Made by a program: the position numbers and the translations under genes | Assembly (NCBI RefSeq): GCF_003334305.1 | Contig: NZ_QOWS01000001.1 | Strand: one strand, 5' to 3' | DNA length: 64,000 bases | Source of the DNA: Escherichia coli | Lineage (GTDB): Bacteria; Pseudomonadota; Gammaproteobacteria; Enterobacterales; Enterobacteriaceae | Notes under the pieces: generated by a model | What the model was told of the DNA's origin: nothing | The model's input: only the letters and a program-made list of their open reading frames with translations | Databases searched by the model: none | In this document: positions 11,324 through 23,490 of the stretch, one piece after another | Layout of the letters: each line of letters starts with the position of its first letter | How positions within the stretch are numbered: the stretch's first letter is position 1

Positions 11324-12265
11324 ATGGAAAAGAGAAAAATTATTCTGGATTGTGATCCGGGTCATGATGATGCTATTGCAATGATGATGGCAGCGAAACA
11401 TCCGGCAATAGATTTATTAGGCATCACTATTGTAGCGGGTAATCAGACGCTTGATAAAACATTAATTAATGGCCTGAATGTTTGCCAGAAACTGGAGATT
11501 AATGTTCCGGTTTATGCGGGGATGCCGCAACCCATTATGCGTAAACAAATCGTTGCCGATAATATTCACGGTGAAACCGGACTGGATGGCCCGGTATTCG
11601 AGCCGCTGACCCGCCAGGCAGAAAGTACCCACGCGGTGAAATACATCATTGATACCCTGATGGCAAGCGATGGCGATATCACTCTGGTGCCGGTTGGTCC
11701 GCTTTCAAATATCGCGGTGGCAATGCGTATGCAACCCGCGATCCTGCCCAAAATCCGTGAAATTGTGCTAATGGGCGGCGCTTACGGTACAGGCAACTTC
11801 ACGCCATCTGCCGAGTTCAACATCTTTGCTGACCCGGAAGCAGCCCGCGTGGTGTTCACCTCTGGCGTTCCATTAGTGATGATGGGCCTCGATCTTACCA
11901 ACCAGACCGTTTGCACCCCGGACGTGATTGCTCGGATGGAAAGGGCAGGCGGCCCTGCCGGAGAGCTGTTCAGCGACATCATGAACTTCACTCTCAAAAC
12001 GCAGTTCGAAAACTACGGCCTGGCTGGCGGCCCGGTGCACGACGCCACCTGCATCGGTTATCTGATTAACCCTGATGGCATTAAAACCCAGGAGATGTAC
12101 GTCGAAGTGGACGTCAACAGTGGCCCTTGCTATGGGCGCACCGTCTGCGACGAGCTGGGCGTTCTTGGCAAGCCCGCCAATACCAAAGTCGGCATCACTA
12201 TTGATACCGACTGGTTCTGGGGCTTAGTCGAAGAGTGCGTGCGCGGCTACATCAAAACCCATTAA
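11324..12265 (+). CDS. rihB: Pyrimidine-specific ribonucleoside hydrolase RihB (YeiK), 313 aa
   Basis: N-terminal DCDPGHDDA nucleoside hydrolase signature. Confidence 0.9.
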   Translation: MEKRKIILDCDPGHDDAIAMMMAAKHPAIDLLGITIVAGNQTLDKTLINGLNVCQKLEINVPVYAGMPQPIMRKQIVADNIHGETGLDGPVFEPLTRQAESTHAVKYIIDTLMASDGDITLVPVGPLSNIAVAMRMQPAILPKIREIVLMGGAYGTGNFTPSAEFNIFADPEAARVVFTSGVPLVMMGLDLTNQTVCTPDVIARMERAGGPAGELFSDIMNFTLKTQFENYGLAGGPVHDATCIGYLINPDGIKTQEMYVEVDVNSGPCYGRTVCDELGVLGKPANTKVGITIDTDWFWGLVEECVRGYIKTH

Positions 12266-12364
12266 GCGTTGATAACAAGCCGGGCCGATAGCGCAAGATG
12301 CAGGCCCGGCTATCTCTGATGGGCAGAAAGCCGTCGCCCAATATGACATGAAGAGATAATCACT

Positions 12365-13615
12365 ATGGATGTCATGAGAAGTGTTCTGGGAATGGTGGTA
12401 TTGCTGGCAATTGCATTTTTGCTGTCAGTAAACAAGAAGAAGATCAGCCTGCGTACCGTTGGCGCGGCGTTAGTGTTACAGGTTGTGATTGGCGGCATTA
12501 TGCTTTGGTTACCGCCAGGGCGTTGGGTCGCTGAAAAAGTCGCTTTTGGCGTGCATAAAGTGATGGCGTACAGCGACGCGGGTAGCGCATTTATCTTCGG
12601 TTCGCTGGTCGGTCCGAAAATGGACACGCTGTTTGATGGCGCAGGATTTATCTTTGGTTTCAGAGTATTACCGGCAATTATCTTCGTTACAGCACTGGTG
12701 AGTATTCTCTACTACATCGGTGTGATGGGGATTTTAATTCGCATTCTCGGCGGTATCTTCCAGAAAGCGTTAAATATCAGCAAGATCGAGTCATTCGTCG
12801 CGGTCACTACCATTTTCCTCGGGCAAAACGAAATTCCGGCAATCGTCAAACCCTTTATCGATCGGCTGAATCGCAATGAATTATTTACAGCGATTTGTAG
12901 TGGCATGGCCTCGATTGCTGGTTCGACAATGATTGGTTACGCCGCACTGGGCGTGCCTGTGGAATATCTGCTGGCGGCATCGTTAATGGCGATCCCTGGC
13001 GGGATCTTGTTTGCCCGCCTGTTAAGTCCGGCAACGGAATCTTCTCAGGTTTCCTTTAATAACCTCTCTTTCACCGAAACACCGCCAAAAAGCATTATTG
13101 AAGCCGCTGCGACAGGGGCAATGACCGGGCTGAAAATCGCCGCCGGTGTAGCGACAGTTGTTATGGCATTTGTCGCCATCATTGCGTTAATTAACGGTAT
13201 TATCGGCGGCGTTGGCGGCTGGTTTGGTTTTGAACATGCCTCGCTGGAGTCCATTTTAGGTTACCTGCTGGCCCCACTTGCGTGGGTAATGGGTGTTGAC
13301 TGGAGTGATGCAAATCTTGCCGGGAGTTTGATTGGACAGAAACTGGCAATAAATGAATTTGTCGCTTATCTCAATTTCTCACCCTATCTGCAAACGGCTG
13401 GCACTCTGGATGCTAAAACCGTGGCGATTATTTCCTTCGCGTTGTGCGGTTTCGCTAACTTTGGTTCTATCGGGGTGGTGGTGGGGGCGTTTTCTGCGGT
13501 TGCGCCACACCGTGCGCCGGAAATCGCCCAGCTTGGTTTACGCGCGCTGGCGGCGGCGACACTTTCTAATCTGATGAGTGCCACCATTGCCGGGTTCTTT
13601 ATTGGTTTAGCGTAG
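12365..13615 (+). CDS. nupX: NupC-family nucleoside transporter NupX (YeiJ), 416 aa
   Basis: 416-aa paralogue of psuT with near-identical sequence along its length. Confidence 0.9.
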   Translation: MDVMRSVLGMVVLLAIAFLLSVNKKKISLRTVGAALVLQVVIGGIMLWLPPGRWVAEKVAFGVHKVMAYSDAGSAFIFGSLVGPKMDTLFDGAGFIFGFRVLPAIIFVTALVSILYYIGVMGILIRILGGIFQKALNISKIESFVAVTTIFLGQNEIPAIVKPFIDRLNRNELFTAICSGMASIAGSTMIGYAALGVPVEYLLAASLMAIPGGILFARLLSPATESSQVSFNNLSFTETPPKSIIEAAATGAMTGLKIAAGVATVVMAFVAIIALINGIIGGVGGWFGFEHASLESILGYLLAPLAWVMGVDWSDANLAGSLIGQKLAINEFVAYLNFSPYLQTAGTLDAKTVAIISFALCGFANFGSIGVVVGAFSAVAPHRAPEIAQLGLRALAAATLSNLMSATIAGFFIGLA

Positions 13616-13639
13616 TGCGCAATTTATGAGCCGGATAAG

Positions 13640-13674
13640 ATGCGGTCAAGCGTCGAATCCGGCAACATTGTTAC
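13640..13674. repeat. REP-like palindromic element between convergent nupX and yeiI
   Basis: GCCGGATAAG ... ATCCGGCA inverted repeat. Confidence 0.5.
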
Positions 13675-14759
13675 ACCATTGGCACTAATGAAAGCGCGTT
13701 ATCGGCAGACAGGGTAGGGTTGTTTAAGCTGCCGCTGGCGCGCGAAATTGCCGCGCAGGCTACCGCAAAACGGGCGCTGTCGCGGAAACTGTATCCTTCA
13801 AGAAAGCTATATACCAAGCCCGCCATAAAACCATCGTCAGCACCAAAACTGTCTACTGTCGTATGCGCTGGCGCGGTCAGCAAAAATTGTTCTCCATCCT
13901 TTTCGCTGCAATAAACTGACTCATCGGGCAAATAAACAAACAGTTGCTGAACACCTTGCTGATGCAATGCATTCACTGCGGCATTACGGTCAGCATCGCT
14001 GGTGATCGCCTGTCCCCATAAAATTTCCAGCTCCGGTAAAGTGGGTTTCAGGGTGTGAATATGCGCCAGCCAGTGTTTGATTTTGCCCGCTTTGAATTCT
14101 GAAACGGTATCGACAAACACCGGGATTTCATCAGCGAGGGTAAAGACCCATTCCAGCGCCTCGGCTGTCAGGTTGCAATCAGCCAGTACCACGCCCGCAT
14201 GACGAAGTAAATCGCGCGACCCGTTCAGTAGTTGCGGTGTCAACTGTTCCAGCAGATGGGTATCGTTAATCGCCAGCACGGTTTGATCGTCTCGATTGGC
14301 AATTGCCAGATACGTCGATGTGCTTTGACCATGCAAACGAACGCAGCCGGAGACATTCACGCCGGCACGGCGCGTTTCTTCCAGGAGCATTTCGCCATAA
14401 AAGTCATCGCCAATCACTGAAAGCAAATGGACGTCACGGCCTAACAGCGCCAGATTGTGGGCGATGTTGCGTCCCACGCCGCCCGCCGAGCAATGAATTG
14501 TACCGGGATGAGAAGCCGCTTGCGGGTAACGGATATCCGCCATCCCGCGAATATCCATATTGATTGTCCCCACCACTACGCAGTATTCCTGCTCGGTGAG
14601 AATGTAACCTTTGCCTTTAATCCGCCCTTTGCGCATTAAATCCATAATATGCGCCGCAACGCGCGAACGACTGATTTGCAGCATGTCCGCAATTTCGTTC
14701 TGCTGAATCAGCGGGTTACGCCGTAAAATTGCAAGGATCTCCTTTTCCCGGTTATTCAT
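13671..14759 (-). CDS. yeiI: HTH-domain plus pfkB-family kinase YeiI, 362 aa
   Basis: N-terminal HTH (MNNREKEILAILRRNP...) fused to a pfkB kinase domain resembling PsuK. Confidence 0.9.
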   Translation of the reverse strand: MNNREKEILAILRRNPLIQQNEIADMLQISRSRVAAHIMDLMRKGRIKGKGYILTEQEYCVVVGTINMDIRGMADIRYPQAASHPGTIHCSAGGVGRNIAHNLALLGRDVHLLSVIGDDFYGEMLLEETRRAGVNVSGCVRLHGQSTSTYLAIANRDDQTVLAINDTHLLEQLTPQLLNGSRDLLRHAGVVLADCNLTAEALEWVFTLADEIPVFVDTVSEFKAGKIKHWLAHIHTLKPTLPELEILWGQAITSDADRNAAVNALHQQGVQQLFVYLPDESVYCSEKDGEQFLLTAPAHTTVDSFGADDGFMAGLVYSFLEGYSFRDSARFAVACAAISRASGSLNNPTLSADNALSLVPMV

Positions 14760-14761
14760 CT

Positions 14762-15619
14762 TCAGGCTACCGCTTTTTCAGTTTGTTGCGCTTTCAGCCA
14801 GGCGATCTCTTCTGCCCAGATATCCGGGTTGATGGTTTCAAGGATCAGCGGAATGCCGTCGAAACGGTCGTCTTGCATGATCCAGCGGAACGCATCATGA
14901 CCGATATTGCCTTCACCGAGGCTATGATGGCGGTCAACGCGGCTGCCAAAGGTACTTTTCGCATCGTTAAGGTGCATCCCGCGCAGATACTTAAAGCCAA
15001 CAATACGGGCAAAATCCGCGAACGTTTTCTCGCATTCGGCTGGAGTACGCAAATCATACCCGGCAGCGAAAGCATGGCAGGTATCAATGCAGACGCCGAC
15101 ACGGGATTTATCTTCCACGCCGTCGATAATCGCCGCGAGATGTTCGAATTTAAACCCTAAGTTACTGCCCTGACCGGCGGTGTTTTCAATCACCGCTGTT
15201 ACACCTTGAGTTTTATCCAGCGCAATGTTGATGGATTCGGCAATACGCGCAAGGCAATCCTCTTCTGAAATCTGCATCAGATGGCTGCCAGGGTGGAAGT
15301 TGAGCAAAGAAAGCCCCAGTTGTTCGCAACGCTGCATTTCATCTATAAAGGCATCGCGCGATTTTTCCAGAGCTTCAGTGACCGGATGTCCGAGGTTAAT
15401 CAGATAGCTGTCGTGGGGAAGAATTTGCGCCGATGTGTAGTGATATTTTTCACAGGCCGCTTTGAATTCATCGATGGTTTGCGTCGTGAGCGGTGCGGCA
15501 CGCCACTGACGTTGGTTTTTGGTGAACAAGGCAAACGCGGTTGCGTCGATTTCGGCGGCGCGAATTGCGGCATTTGCCAGACCGCCAGCAGCACTAACGT
15601 GCGCTCCAATGTATTTCAT
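14762..15619 (-). CDS. nfo: Endonuclease IV (Nfo), 285 aa
   Basis: [14 protein letters not shown]... AP endonuclease family 2 N-terminus; length 285 aa. Confidence 0.93.
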   Translation of the reverse strand: MKYIGAHVSAAGGLANAAIRAAEIDATAFALFTKNQRQWRAAPLTTQTIDEFKAACEKYHYTSAQILPHDSYLINLGHPVTEALEKSRDAFIDEMQRCEQLGLSLLNFHPGSHLMQISEEDCLARIAESINIALDKTQGVTAVIENTAGQGSNLGFKFEHLAAIIDGVEDKSRVGVCIDTCHAFAAGYDLRTPAECEKTFADFARIVGFKYLRGMHLNDAKSTFGSRVDRHHSLGEGNIGHDAFRWIMQDDRFDGIPLILETINPDIWAEEIAWLKAQQTEKAVA

Positions 15620-15692
15620 GCGAGGACTCCTGTTAAACCCGCTGGAGGAAAACGGTAATGATAGCGGGTTAACAGGAGCAAGATGTAGTGGT

Positions 15693-16742
15693 TTATGCGA
15701 TGACGCTTTGAATCACATAGTTAATCGCACCACCACCAACAATCAGCCAGGCAAACAGTACCAGTGCCATCAGCAGAGGTTTCGCCCCGGCTTTTTTCAG
15801 CGCGCTGACGTGAGTGGTCAGACCCAGCGCCGCCATCGCCATTGCCAGCAGGAAGGTATCCAGCGTTACCAGCATGTTCACCACGCTCTGCGGTAACAGG
15901 TGGAACGAGTTAAAGATGGCAACGACGATGAACAAGATGGCAAACCACGGAATAGTGATTTTGCTTTTCTCGCCGCTGTTCGCCCCAGACAGCTGTTTAA
16001 CACGCGCCGCCAGCAGGATGAGGAACGGAGCCAGCATCATCACGCGCAGCATTTTGGAAATAACTGCTGCGTTTTCCGCATCCGGGCTGATGGCATGACC
16101 TGCCGCCACCACCTGCGCCACTTCGTGCACAGTAGAACCAATGTAGATACCGAAAGTTTCCGGACTAAACCATTGAGACATCAGCGGATATATCGCCGGG
16201 TAGAGGAAAATCGCGACGGTCCCGAAGATAACAACGGTTGCAACAGCCACGGTTACTTTACTGGCTTCCGCTTTCACTACCGGCTCAGTCGCCAGTACCG
16301 CGGCAGCACCACAGATACTGCTACCGGCACCGATCAACCAGCTGGTGTGCTTATCCAGACCAAACACTTTCTGCCCCAGGAAGCAAGCCAGCAGGAAGGT
16401 ACTGGACAGCGTCAACACGTCAATGATGATCCCACTGATACCGACATCGGCAATTTGCGAGAACGTCAGACGGAAGCCATAAAGAATGATACCCAGACGT
16501 AATAAATATTGCTTGGCAAACAGCACACCACCGTCACAGCTTTTCCAGATGTGCGGATAGATGGTGTTGCCTAAAACCATCCCCAACAAGATTGCGAGGG
16601 TGAGGGCACTAAACCCGGCACCCGCAACCGCGGGAATGGAACCACCCCACAGGGCGACCCCGGTGATAACTGCACTCAGGGCTAACCCCGGAATAAAATG
16701 CCACAGTGTACGATGTTGTTTCTGTAAGGTGATATTCGTCAT
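15693..16742 (-). CDS. yeiH: Inner membrane protein YeiH (UPF0324), 349 aa
   Basis: 349-aa polytopic membrane ORF divergent from the LysR-type regulator yeiE. Confidence 0.9.
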   Translation of the reverse strand: MTNITLQKQHRTLWHFIPGLALSAVITGVALWGGSIPAVAGAGFSALTLAILLGMVLGNTIYPHIWKSCDGGVLFAKQYLLRLGIILYGFRLTFSQIADVGISGIIIDVLTLSSTFLLACFLGQKVFGLDKHTSWLIGAGSSICGAAAVLATEPVVKAEASKVTVAVATVVIFGTVAIFLYPAIYPLMSQWFSPETFGIYIGSTVHEVAQVVAAGHAISPDAENAAVISKMLRVMMLAPFLILLAARVKQLSGANSGEKSKITIPWFAILFIVVAIFNSFHLLPQSVVNMLVTLDTFLLAMAMAALGLTTHVSALKKAGAKPLLMALVLFAWLIVGGGAINYVIQSVIA

Positions 16743-16840
16743 AACCCTCTCCTTTAACCGGGCATAAGGTTACGACTAACTGGTTTAAAAATAAAATTGA
16801 TTATATATTTATAATTAATCTTTATAAGTGGTAAGCGACT

Positions 16841-17722
16841 ATGCACATCACCCTCCGGCAGTTGGAAGTTTTTGCAGAAGTATTGAAAAGTGGATCAACC
16901 ACCCAGGCGTCGGTGATGCTGGCGTTGTCGCAATCAGCAGTGAGCGCAGCCTTGACCGACCTGGAAGGGCAGCTTGGCGTGCAACTGTTTGATCGCGTGG
17001 GGAAAAGACTGGTTGTTAATGAACACGGGCGGCTGCTCTATCCGCGTGCGTTGGCCTTGCTTGAACAGGCGGTTGAAATCGAACAACTGTTTCGCGAAGA
17101 CAACGGCGCGATTCGTATCTATGCCAGTAGTACCATCGGTAACTACATTCTGCCTGCAGTTATCGCCCGTTATCGCCATGATTATCCGCAGTTACCGATT
17201 GAACTTAGCGTTGGGAACAGCCAGGACGTGATGCAAGCGGTGCTGGATTTCCGCGTTGATATTGGTTTTATTGAAGGACCGTGCCACAGCACTGAAATTA
17301 TTTCTGAACCGTGGCTGGAAGACGAGCTGGTGGTTTTCGCCGCGCCGACTTCGCCGTTGGCCCGTGGTCCGGTCACCTTAGAGCAGCTGGCCGCTGCGCC
17401 GTGGATCCTGCGTGAACGCGGTTCCGGCACGCGGGAGATTGTCGATTATCTATTGCTGTCACATTTACCGAAGTTTGAGATGGCGATGGAATTAGGTAAC
17501 TCCGAGGCAATCAAACATGCGGTGCGTCATGGGTTGGGAATTAGTTGCCTGTCGCGACGGGTGATTGAAGATCAATTGCAGGCAGGCACATTAAGTGAAG
17601 TTGCGGTCCCTCTGCCGCGCCTGATGCGTACGTTGTGGCGTATACATCATCGGCAAAAACACCTTTCCAACGCGCTACGGCGCTTTCTGGACTATTGCGA
17701 TCCCGCGAATGTACCGCGTTAA
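16841..17722 (+). CDS. yeiE: LysR-family transcriptional regulator YeiE, 293 aa
   Basis: N-terminal LysR HTH ([20 protein letters not shown]); divergent from yeiH. Confidence 0.9.
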
Positions 17723-17926
17723 GTTGCTGTACAAGAACATGCTGGTGCTGTGTCGATTTCGTGACGCAGCGCCCTCAGCATGCATTCGCCAGAAAAGAGA
17801 TTGGCTGCTTTACTTATAATCCCTGGGCGATCATGAAGGTGTCTTATAACCGTGTATTTCTGCCGGAAGGATTGCCAATCGTCTGCTACAATCGCGCCTC
17901 ATTTTTAAGATGGATAGCATTTTTGT

Positions 17927-19396
17927 ATGGTTTCCGAAACTAAAACCACAGAAGCGCCGGGCTTACGCCGTGAATTAAAGGCGCGTCACCTGACGATGAT
18001 TGCCATTGGCGGTTCCATCGGTACAGGTCTTTTTGTTGCCTCTGGCGCAACGATTTCTCAGGCAGGTCCGGGCGGGGCATTGCTCTCGTATATGCTGATT
18101 GGCTTGATGGTTTACTTCCTGATGACCAGTCTCGGTGAACTGGCTGCATATATGCCGGTTTCCGGTTCGTTTGCCACTTACGGTCAGAACTATGTTGAAG
18201 AAGGCTTTGGCTTCGCGCTGGGCTGGAACTACTGGTACAACTGGGCGGTGACTATCGCCGTTGACCTGGTTGCAGCTCAGCTGGTCATGAGCTGGTGGTT
18301 CCCGGATACACCGGGCTGGATCTGGAGTGCGTTGTTCCTCGGCGTTATCTTCCTGCTGAACTACATCTCAGTTCGTGGCTTTGGTGAAGCGGAATACTGG
18401 TTCTCACTGATCAAAGTCACGACAGTTATTGTCTTTATCATCGTTGGCGTGCTGATGATTATCGGTATCTTCAAAGGCGCGCAGCCTGCGGGCTGGAGCA
18501 ACTGGACAATCGGCGAAGCGCCGTTTGCTGGTGGTTTTGCGGCGATGATCGGCGTAGCTATGATTGTCGGCTTCTCTTTCCAGGGAACCGAGCTGATCGG
18601 TATTGCTGCAGGCGAGTCCGAAGATCCGGCGAAAAACATTCCACGCGCGGTACGTCAGGTGTTCTGGCGAATCCTGTTGTTCTATGTGTTCGCGATCCTG
18701 ATTATCAGCCTGATTATTCCGTACACCGATCCGAGCCTGCTGCGTAACGATGTTAAAGACATCAGCGTTAGTCCGTTCACCCTGGTGTTCCAGCACGCGG
18801 GTCTGCTCTCTGCGGCGGCGGTGATGAACGCAGTTATTCTGACGGCGGTGCTGTCAGCGGGTAACTCCGGTATGTATGCGTCTACTCGTATGCTGTACAC
18901 CCTGGCGTGTGACGGTAAAGCGCCGCGCATTTTCGCTAAACTGTCGCGTGGTGGCGTGCCGCGTAATGCGCTGTATGCGACGACGGTGATTGCCGGTCTG
19001 TGCTTCCTGACCTCCATGTTTGGCAACCAGACGGTATACCTGTGGCTGCTGAACACCTCCGGGATGACGGGTTTTATCGCCTGGCTGGGGATTGCCATTA
19101 GCCACTATCGCTTCCGTCGCGGTTACGTATTGCAGGGACACGACATTAACGATCTGCCGTACCGTTCAGGTTTCTTCCCACTGGGGCCGATCTTCGCATT
19201 CATTCTGTGTCTGATTATCACTTTGGGCCAGAACTACGAAGCGTTCCTGAAAGATACCATTGACTGGGGCGGCGTAGCGGCAACGTATATTGGTATCCCG
19301 CTGTTCCTGATTATTTGGTTCGGCTACAAGCTGATTAAAGGAACTCACTTCGTACGCTACAGCGAAATGAAGTTCCCGCAGAACGATAAGAAATAA
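17927..19396 (+). CDS. lysP: Lysine-specific permease LysP (APC family), 489 aa
   Basis: 489-aa amino acid permease ORF with an APC-type N-terminus. Confidence 0.93.
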   Translation: MVSETKTTEAPGLRRELKARHLTMIAIGGSIGTGLFVASGATISQAGPGGALLSYMLIGLMVYFLMTSLGELAAYMPVSGSFATYGQNYVEEGFGFALGWNYWYNWAVTIAVDLVAAQLVMSWWFPDTPGWIWSALFLGVIFLLNYISVRGFGEAEYWFSLIKVTTVIVFIIVGVLMIIGIFKGAQPAGWSNWTIGEAPFAGGFAAMIGVAMIVGFSFQGTELIGIAAGESEDPAKNIPRAVRQVFWRILLFYVFAILIISLIIPYTDPSLLRNDVKDISVSPFTLVFQHAGLLSAAAVMNAVILTAVLSAGNSGMYASTRMLYTLACDGKAPRIFAKLSRGGVPRNALYATTVIAGLCFLTSMFGNQTVYLWLLNTSGMTGFIAWLGIAISHYRFRRGYVLQGHDINDLPYRSGFFPLGPIFAFILCLIITLGQNYEAFLKDTIDWGGVAATYIGIPLFLIIWFGYKLIKGTHFVRYSEMKFPQNDKK

Positions 19397-19415
19397 GTTT
19401 CCTCCCTTCCTTGCT

Positions 19416-19443
19416 AAGCCCTCTCAACCGAGAGGGCTTTTTC
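19416..19443 (+). terminator. Rho-independent terminator downstream of lysP
   Basis: AAGCCCTCTC-aacc-GAGAGGGCTT hairpin followed by TTTTT. Confidence 0.6.
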
Positions 19444-19490
19444 AATTCCATTTCCCTGACAAATCATGCGGATATAAAATTTAACATTTG

Positions 19491-19522
19491 GATTGATAAT
19501 TGTTATCGTTTGCATTATCGTT
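19491..19522. promoter_or_regulatory. Fur box(es) in the cirA promoter region
   Basis: GATTGATAATTGTTATCGTTTGCATTATCGTT contains overlapping GATAAT/ATTATC hexamers resembling the Fur consensus, about 170 bp upstream of cirA. Confidence 0.55.
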
Positions 19523-19688
19523 ACGCCGCAATCAAAAAAGGCTGACAAATCAGAGGCTGTTCCGGCTTTCTGGGATGATCACCTGCATACAAATAAGTCC
19601 ACCGCGATGCTGCCGTACGCAAGGGGACGTGAAGAAGATGTGAGCGATAACCCATTTTATTTTCGTAGTTACCTCATGGAGATATGGA

Positions 19689-21680
19689 ATGTTTAGGTTG
19701 AACCCTTTCGTACGGGTCGGGCTGTGTTTGTCCGCTATTTCTTGTGCATGGCCTGTGTTAGCGGTCGATGATGATGGCGAAACGATGGTTGTCACTGCAT
19801 CTTCCGTTGAACAAAACCTCAAAGATGCACCCGCCAGTATCAGCGTCATTACCCAGGAAGACCTGCAGCGAAAACCGGTACAGAATCTGAAGGATGTCCT
19901 CAAAGAAGTGCCTGGCGTACAACTGACGAACGAAGGGGATAACCGTAAGGGCGTTAGTATTCGTGGTCTGGACAGCAGCTACACCCTGATTCTCGTCGAC
20001 GGTAAACGCGTTAACTCCCGCAATGCCGTCTTCCGCCACAATGATTTCGATCTGAACTGGATCCCGGTCGATTCCATCGAACGTATTGAAGTGGTTCGTG
20101 GCCCGATGTCGTCGCTATACGGCTCCGATGCGCTCGGCGGTGTAGTGAATATCATCACCAAAAAAATCGGTCAGAAATGGTCGGGTACCGTTACCGTCGA
20201 TACCACCATTCAGGAACATCGCGATCGCGGTGATACCTATAACGGTCAGTTCTTTACCAGTGGACCATTAATTGATGGTGTGCTGGGAATGAAAGCTTAC
20301 GGCAGCCTGGCAAAACGTGAAAAGGATGACCCGCAAAACTCAACGACCACCGATACCGGAGAAACGCCGCGTATTGAAGGATTCTCCAGCCGCGACGGCA
20401 ATGTCGAATTTGCCTGGACACCGAATCAAAATCACGATTTTACTGCCGGATACGGTTTCGACCGTCAGGATCGTGATTCCGACTCGCTGGACAAAAACCG
20501 CCTGGAACGCCAGAACTACTCCGTCAGCCATAATGGGCGTTGGGATTACGGCACCAGCGAACTGAAATACTACGGTGAGAAAGTCGAGAACAAAAACCCT
20601 GGCAACAGCAGCCCGATAACTTCCGAAAGCAATACGGTCGACGGCAAATACACGTTGCCGCTGACGGCGATTAATCAGTTTCTCACGGTTGGCGGTGAAT
20701 GGCGTCACGACAAACTTAGCGATGCGGTGAACCTGACCGGGGGAACCAGCTCCAAAACGTCTGCCAGCCAGTACGCGCTATTTGTGGAAGATGAATGGCG
20801 GATCTTCGAGCCGCTGGCGCTGACGACCGGCGTGCGTATGGACGATCACGAAACCTACGGTGAACACTGGAGTCCGCGTGCCTACCTGGTTTATAACGCC
20901 ACCGACACCGTAACGGTGAAAGGGGGCTGGGCGACGGCATTTAAAGCACCTTCTCTGTTGCAACTTAGCCCTGACTGGACGAGCAATTCCTGCCGTGGCG
21001 CATGTAAGATTGTGGGTAGCCCGGATCTGAAACCAGAAACCAGCGAAAGTTGGGAGCTGGGGCTTTACTACATGGGTGAAGAAGGCTGGCTGGAAGGGGT
21101 TGAATCCAGCGTTACCGTTTTCCGTAACGATGTGAAAGATCGCATCAGCATCAGCCGTACGTCTGACGTCAATGCTGCACCGGGCTACCAAAACTTTGTT
21201 GGTTTTGAGACGGGCGCTAACGGACGGCGCATACCGGTATTTAGCTACTACAACGTTAACAAAGCTCGTATTCAGGGCGTGGAAACCGAACTGAAAATTC
21301 CGTTCAACGATGAATGGAAACTGTCGATCAACTACACCTACAACGATGGTCGTGATGTCAGCAACGGCGAAAACAAACCGCTATCCGATCTGCCGTTCCA
21401 TACTGCTAACGGTACGCTGGACTGGAAACCGCTGGCGCTGGAAGACTGGTCATTCTATGTTTCTGGTCACTATACCGGGCAGAAACGCGCCGACAGCGCG
21501 ACGGCTAAAACACCGGGCGGTTATACCATCTGGAATACCGGCGCGGCCTGGCAGGTGACTAAAGACGTCAAACTGCGCGCAGGCGTGCTGAACCTTGGCG
21601 ACAAGGATCTCAGTCGTGACGACTACAGCTATAACGAAGACGGACGTCGTTACTTTATGGCAGTGGATTATCGCTTCTGA
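19689..21680 (+). CDS. cirA: Colicin I receptor / catecholate siderophore TonB-dependent receptor CirA, 663 aa
   Basis: Signal peptide, TonB box (ETMVVTAS), plug and beta-barrel, C-terminal aromatic residue (…AVDYRF). Confidence 0.93.
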
Positions 21681-21711
21681 TGAGAAGATGCCCGGCGAAC
21701 CGGGCGGACTT

Positions 21712-22581
<870 letters not shown>

Positions 22582-22805
22582 TCATCATACCGTTTATTCA
22601 ATGTGCTGTGAGTAACTTTCACTTCCGTATTTGCATAACGATGTTTTAACATCTGCTGATGAAAGGCAGCGGCAATTACAATAATTATCGCTGTGAATAC
22701 TGGATTATGTGCGCCGCCTCACGCACAATAATCAGGCTGTAAATCAGCTTAATAACTTTGCCCCCACGCAGGGCGGAGGCGTCACACCTGCAGGAGAAAT
22801 CATAA

Positions 22806-23474
22806 ATGCCATCACTCAGTAAAGAAGCGGCCCTGGTTCATGAAGCGTTAGTTGCGCGAGGACTGGAAACACCGCTGCGCCCGCCCGTGCATGAAATGGA
22901 TAACGAAACGCGCAAAAGCCTTATTGCTGGTCATATGACCGAAATCATGCAGCTGCTGAATCTCGACCTGGCTGATGACAGTTTGATGGAAACGCCGCAT
23001 CGCATCGCTAAAATGTATGTCGATGAAATTTTCTCCGGTCTGGATTACGCCAACTTCCCGAAAATCACCCTCATTGAAAACAAAATGAAGGTCGATGAAA
23101 TGGTCACCGTGCGCGATATCACTCTGACCAGTACCTGTGAACACCATTTTGTTACCATCGATGGCAAAGCGACGGTGGCTTATATCCCGAAAGATTCGGT
23201 GATCGGTCTGTCAAAAATTAACCGTATCGTGCAGTTCTTTGCCCAGCGTCCGCAGGTGCAGGAACGTCTGACGCAGCAAATTCTTATTGCGCTACAAACG
23301 CTGCTGGGCACCAATAACGTGGCTGTCTCGATCGACGCGGTGCATTACTGCGTGAAGGCGCGTGGCATCCGCGATGCAACCAGTGCCACAACAACGACCT
23401 CTCTTGGTGGATTGTTCAAATCCAGTCAGAATACGCGCCACGAGTTTCTGCGCGCTGTGCGTCATCACAACTGA
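22806..23474 (+). CDS. folE: GTP cyclohydrolase I (FolE), 222 aa
   Basis: 222-aa ORF; length and position match FolE. Confidence 0.93.
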
Positions 23475-23490
23475 TTAAAAGGCAGGAACC

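Noticed and set aside
14729-15160. 143-aa plus-strand ORF overlapping nfo
   Set aside because: Lies entirely antisense to the nfo coding region; no support beyond being open.
21681-21711. Short hairpin GCCCGG-cgaa-CCGGGC between convergent cirA and yeiG as a terminator
   Set aside because: Short stem and no U-tract on either strand; too weak to call.
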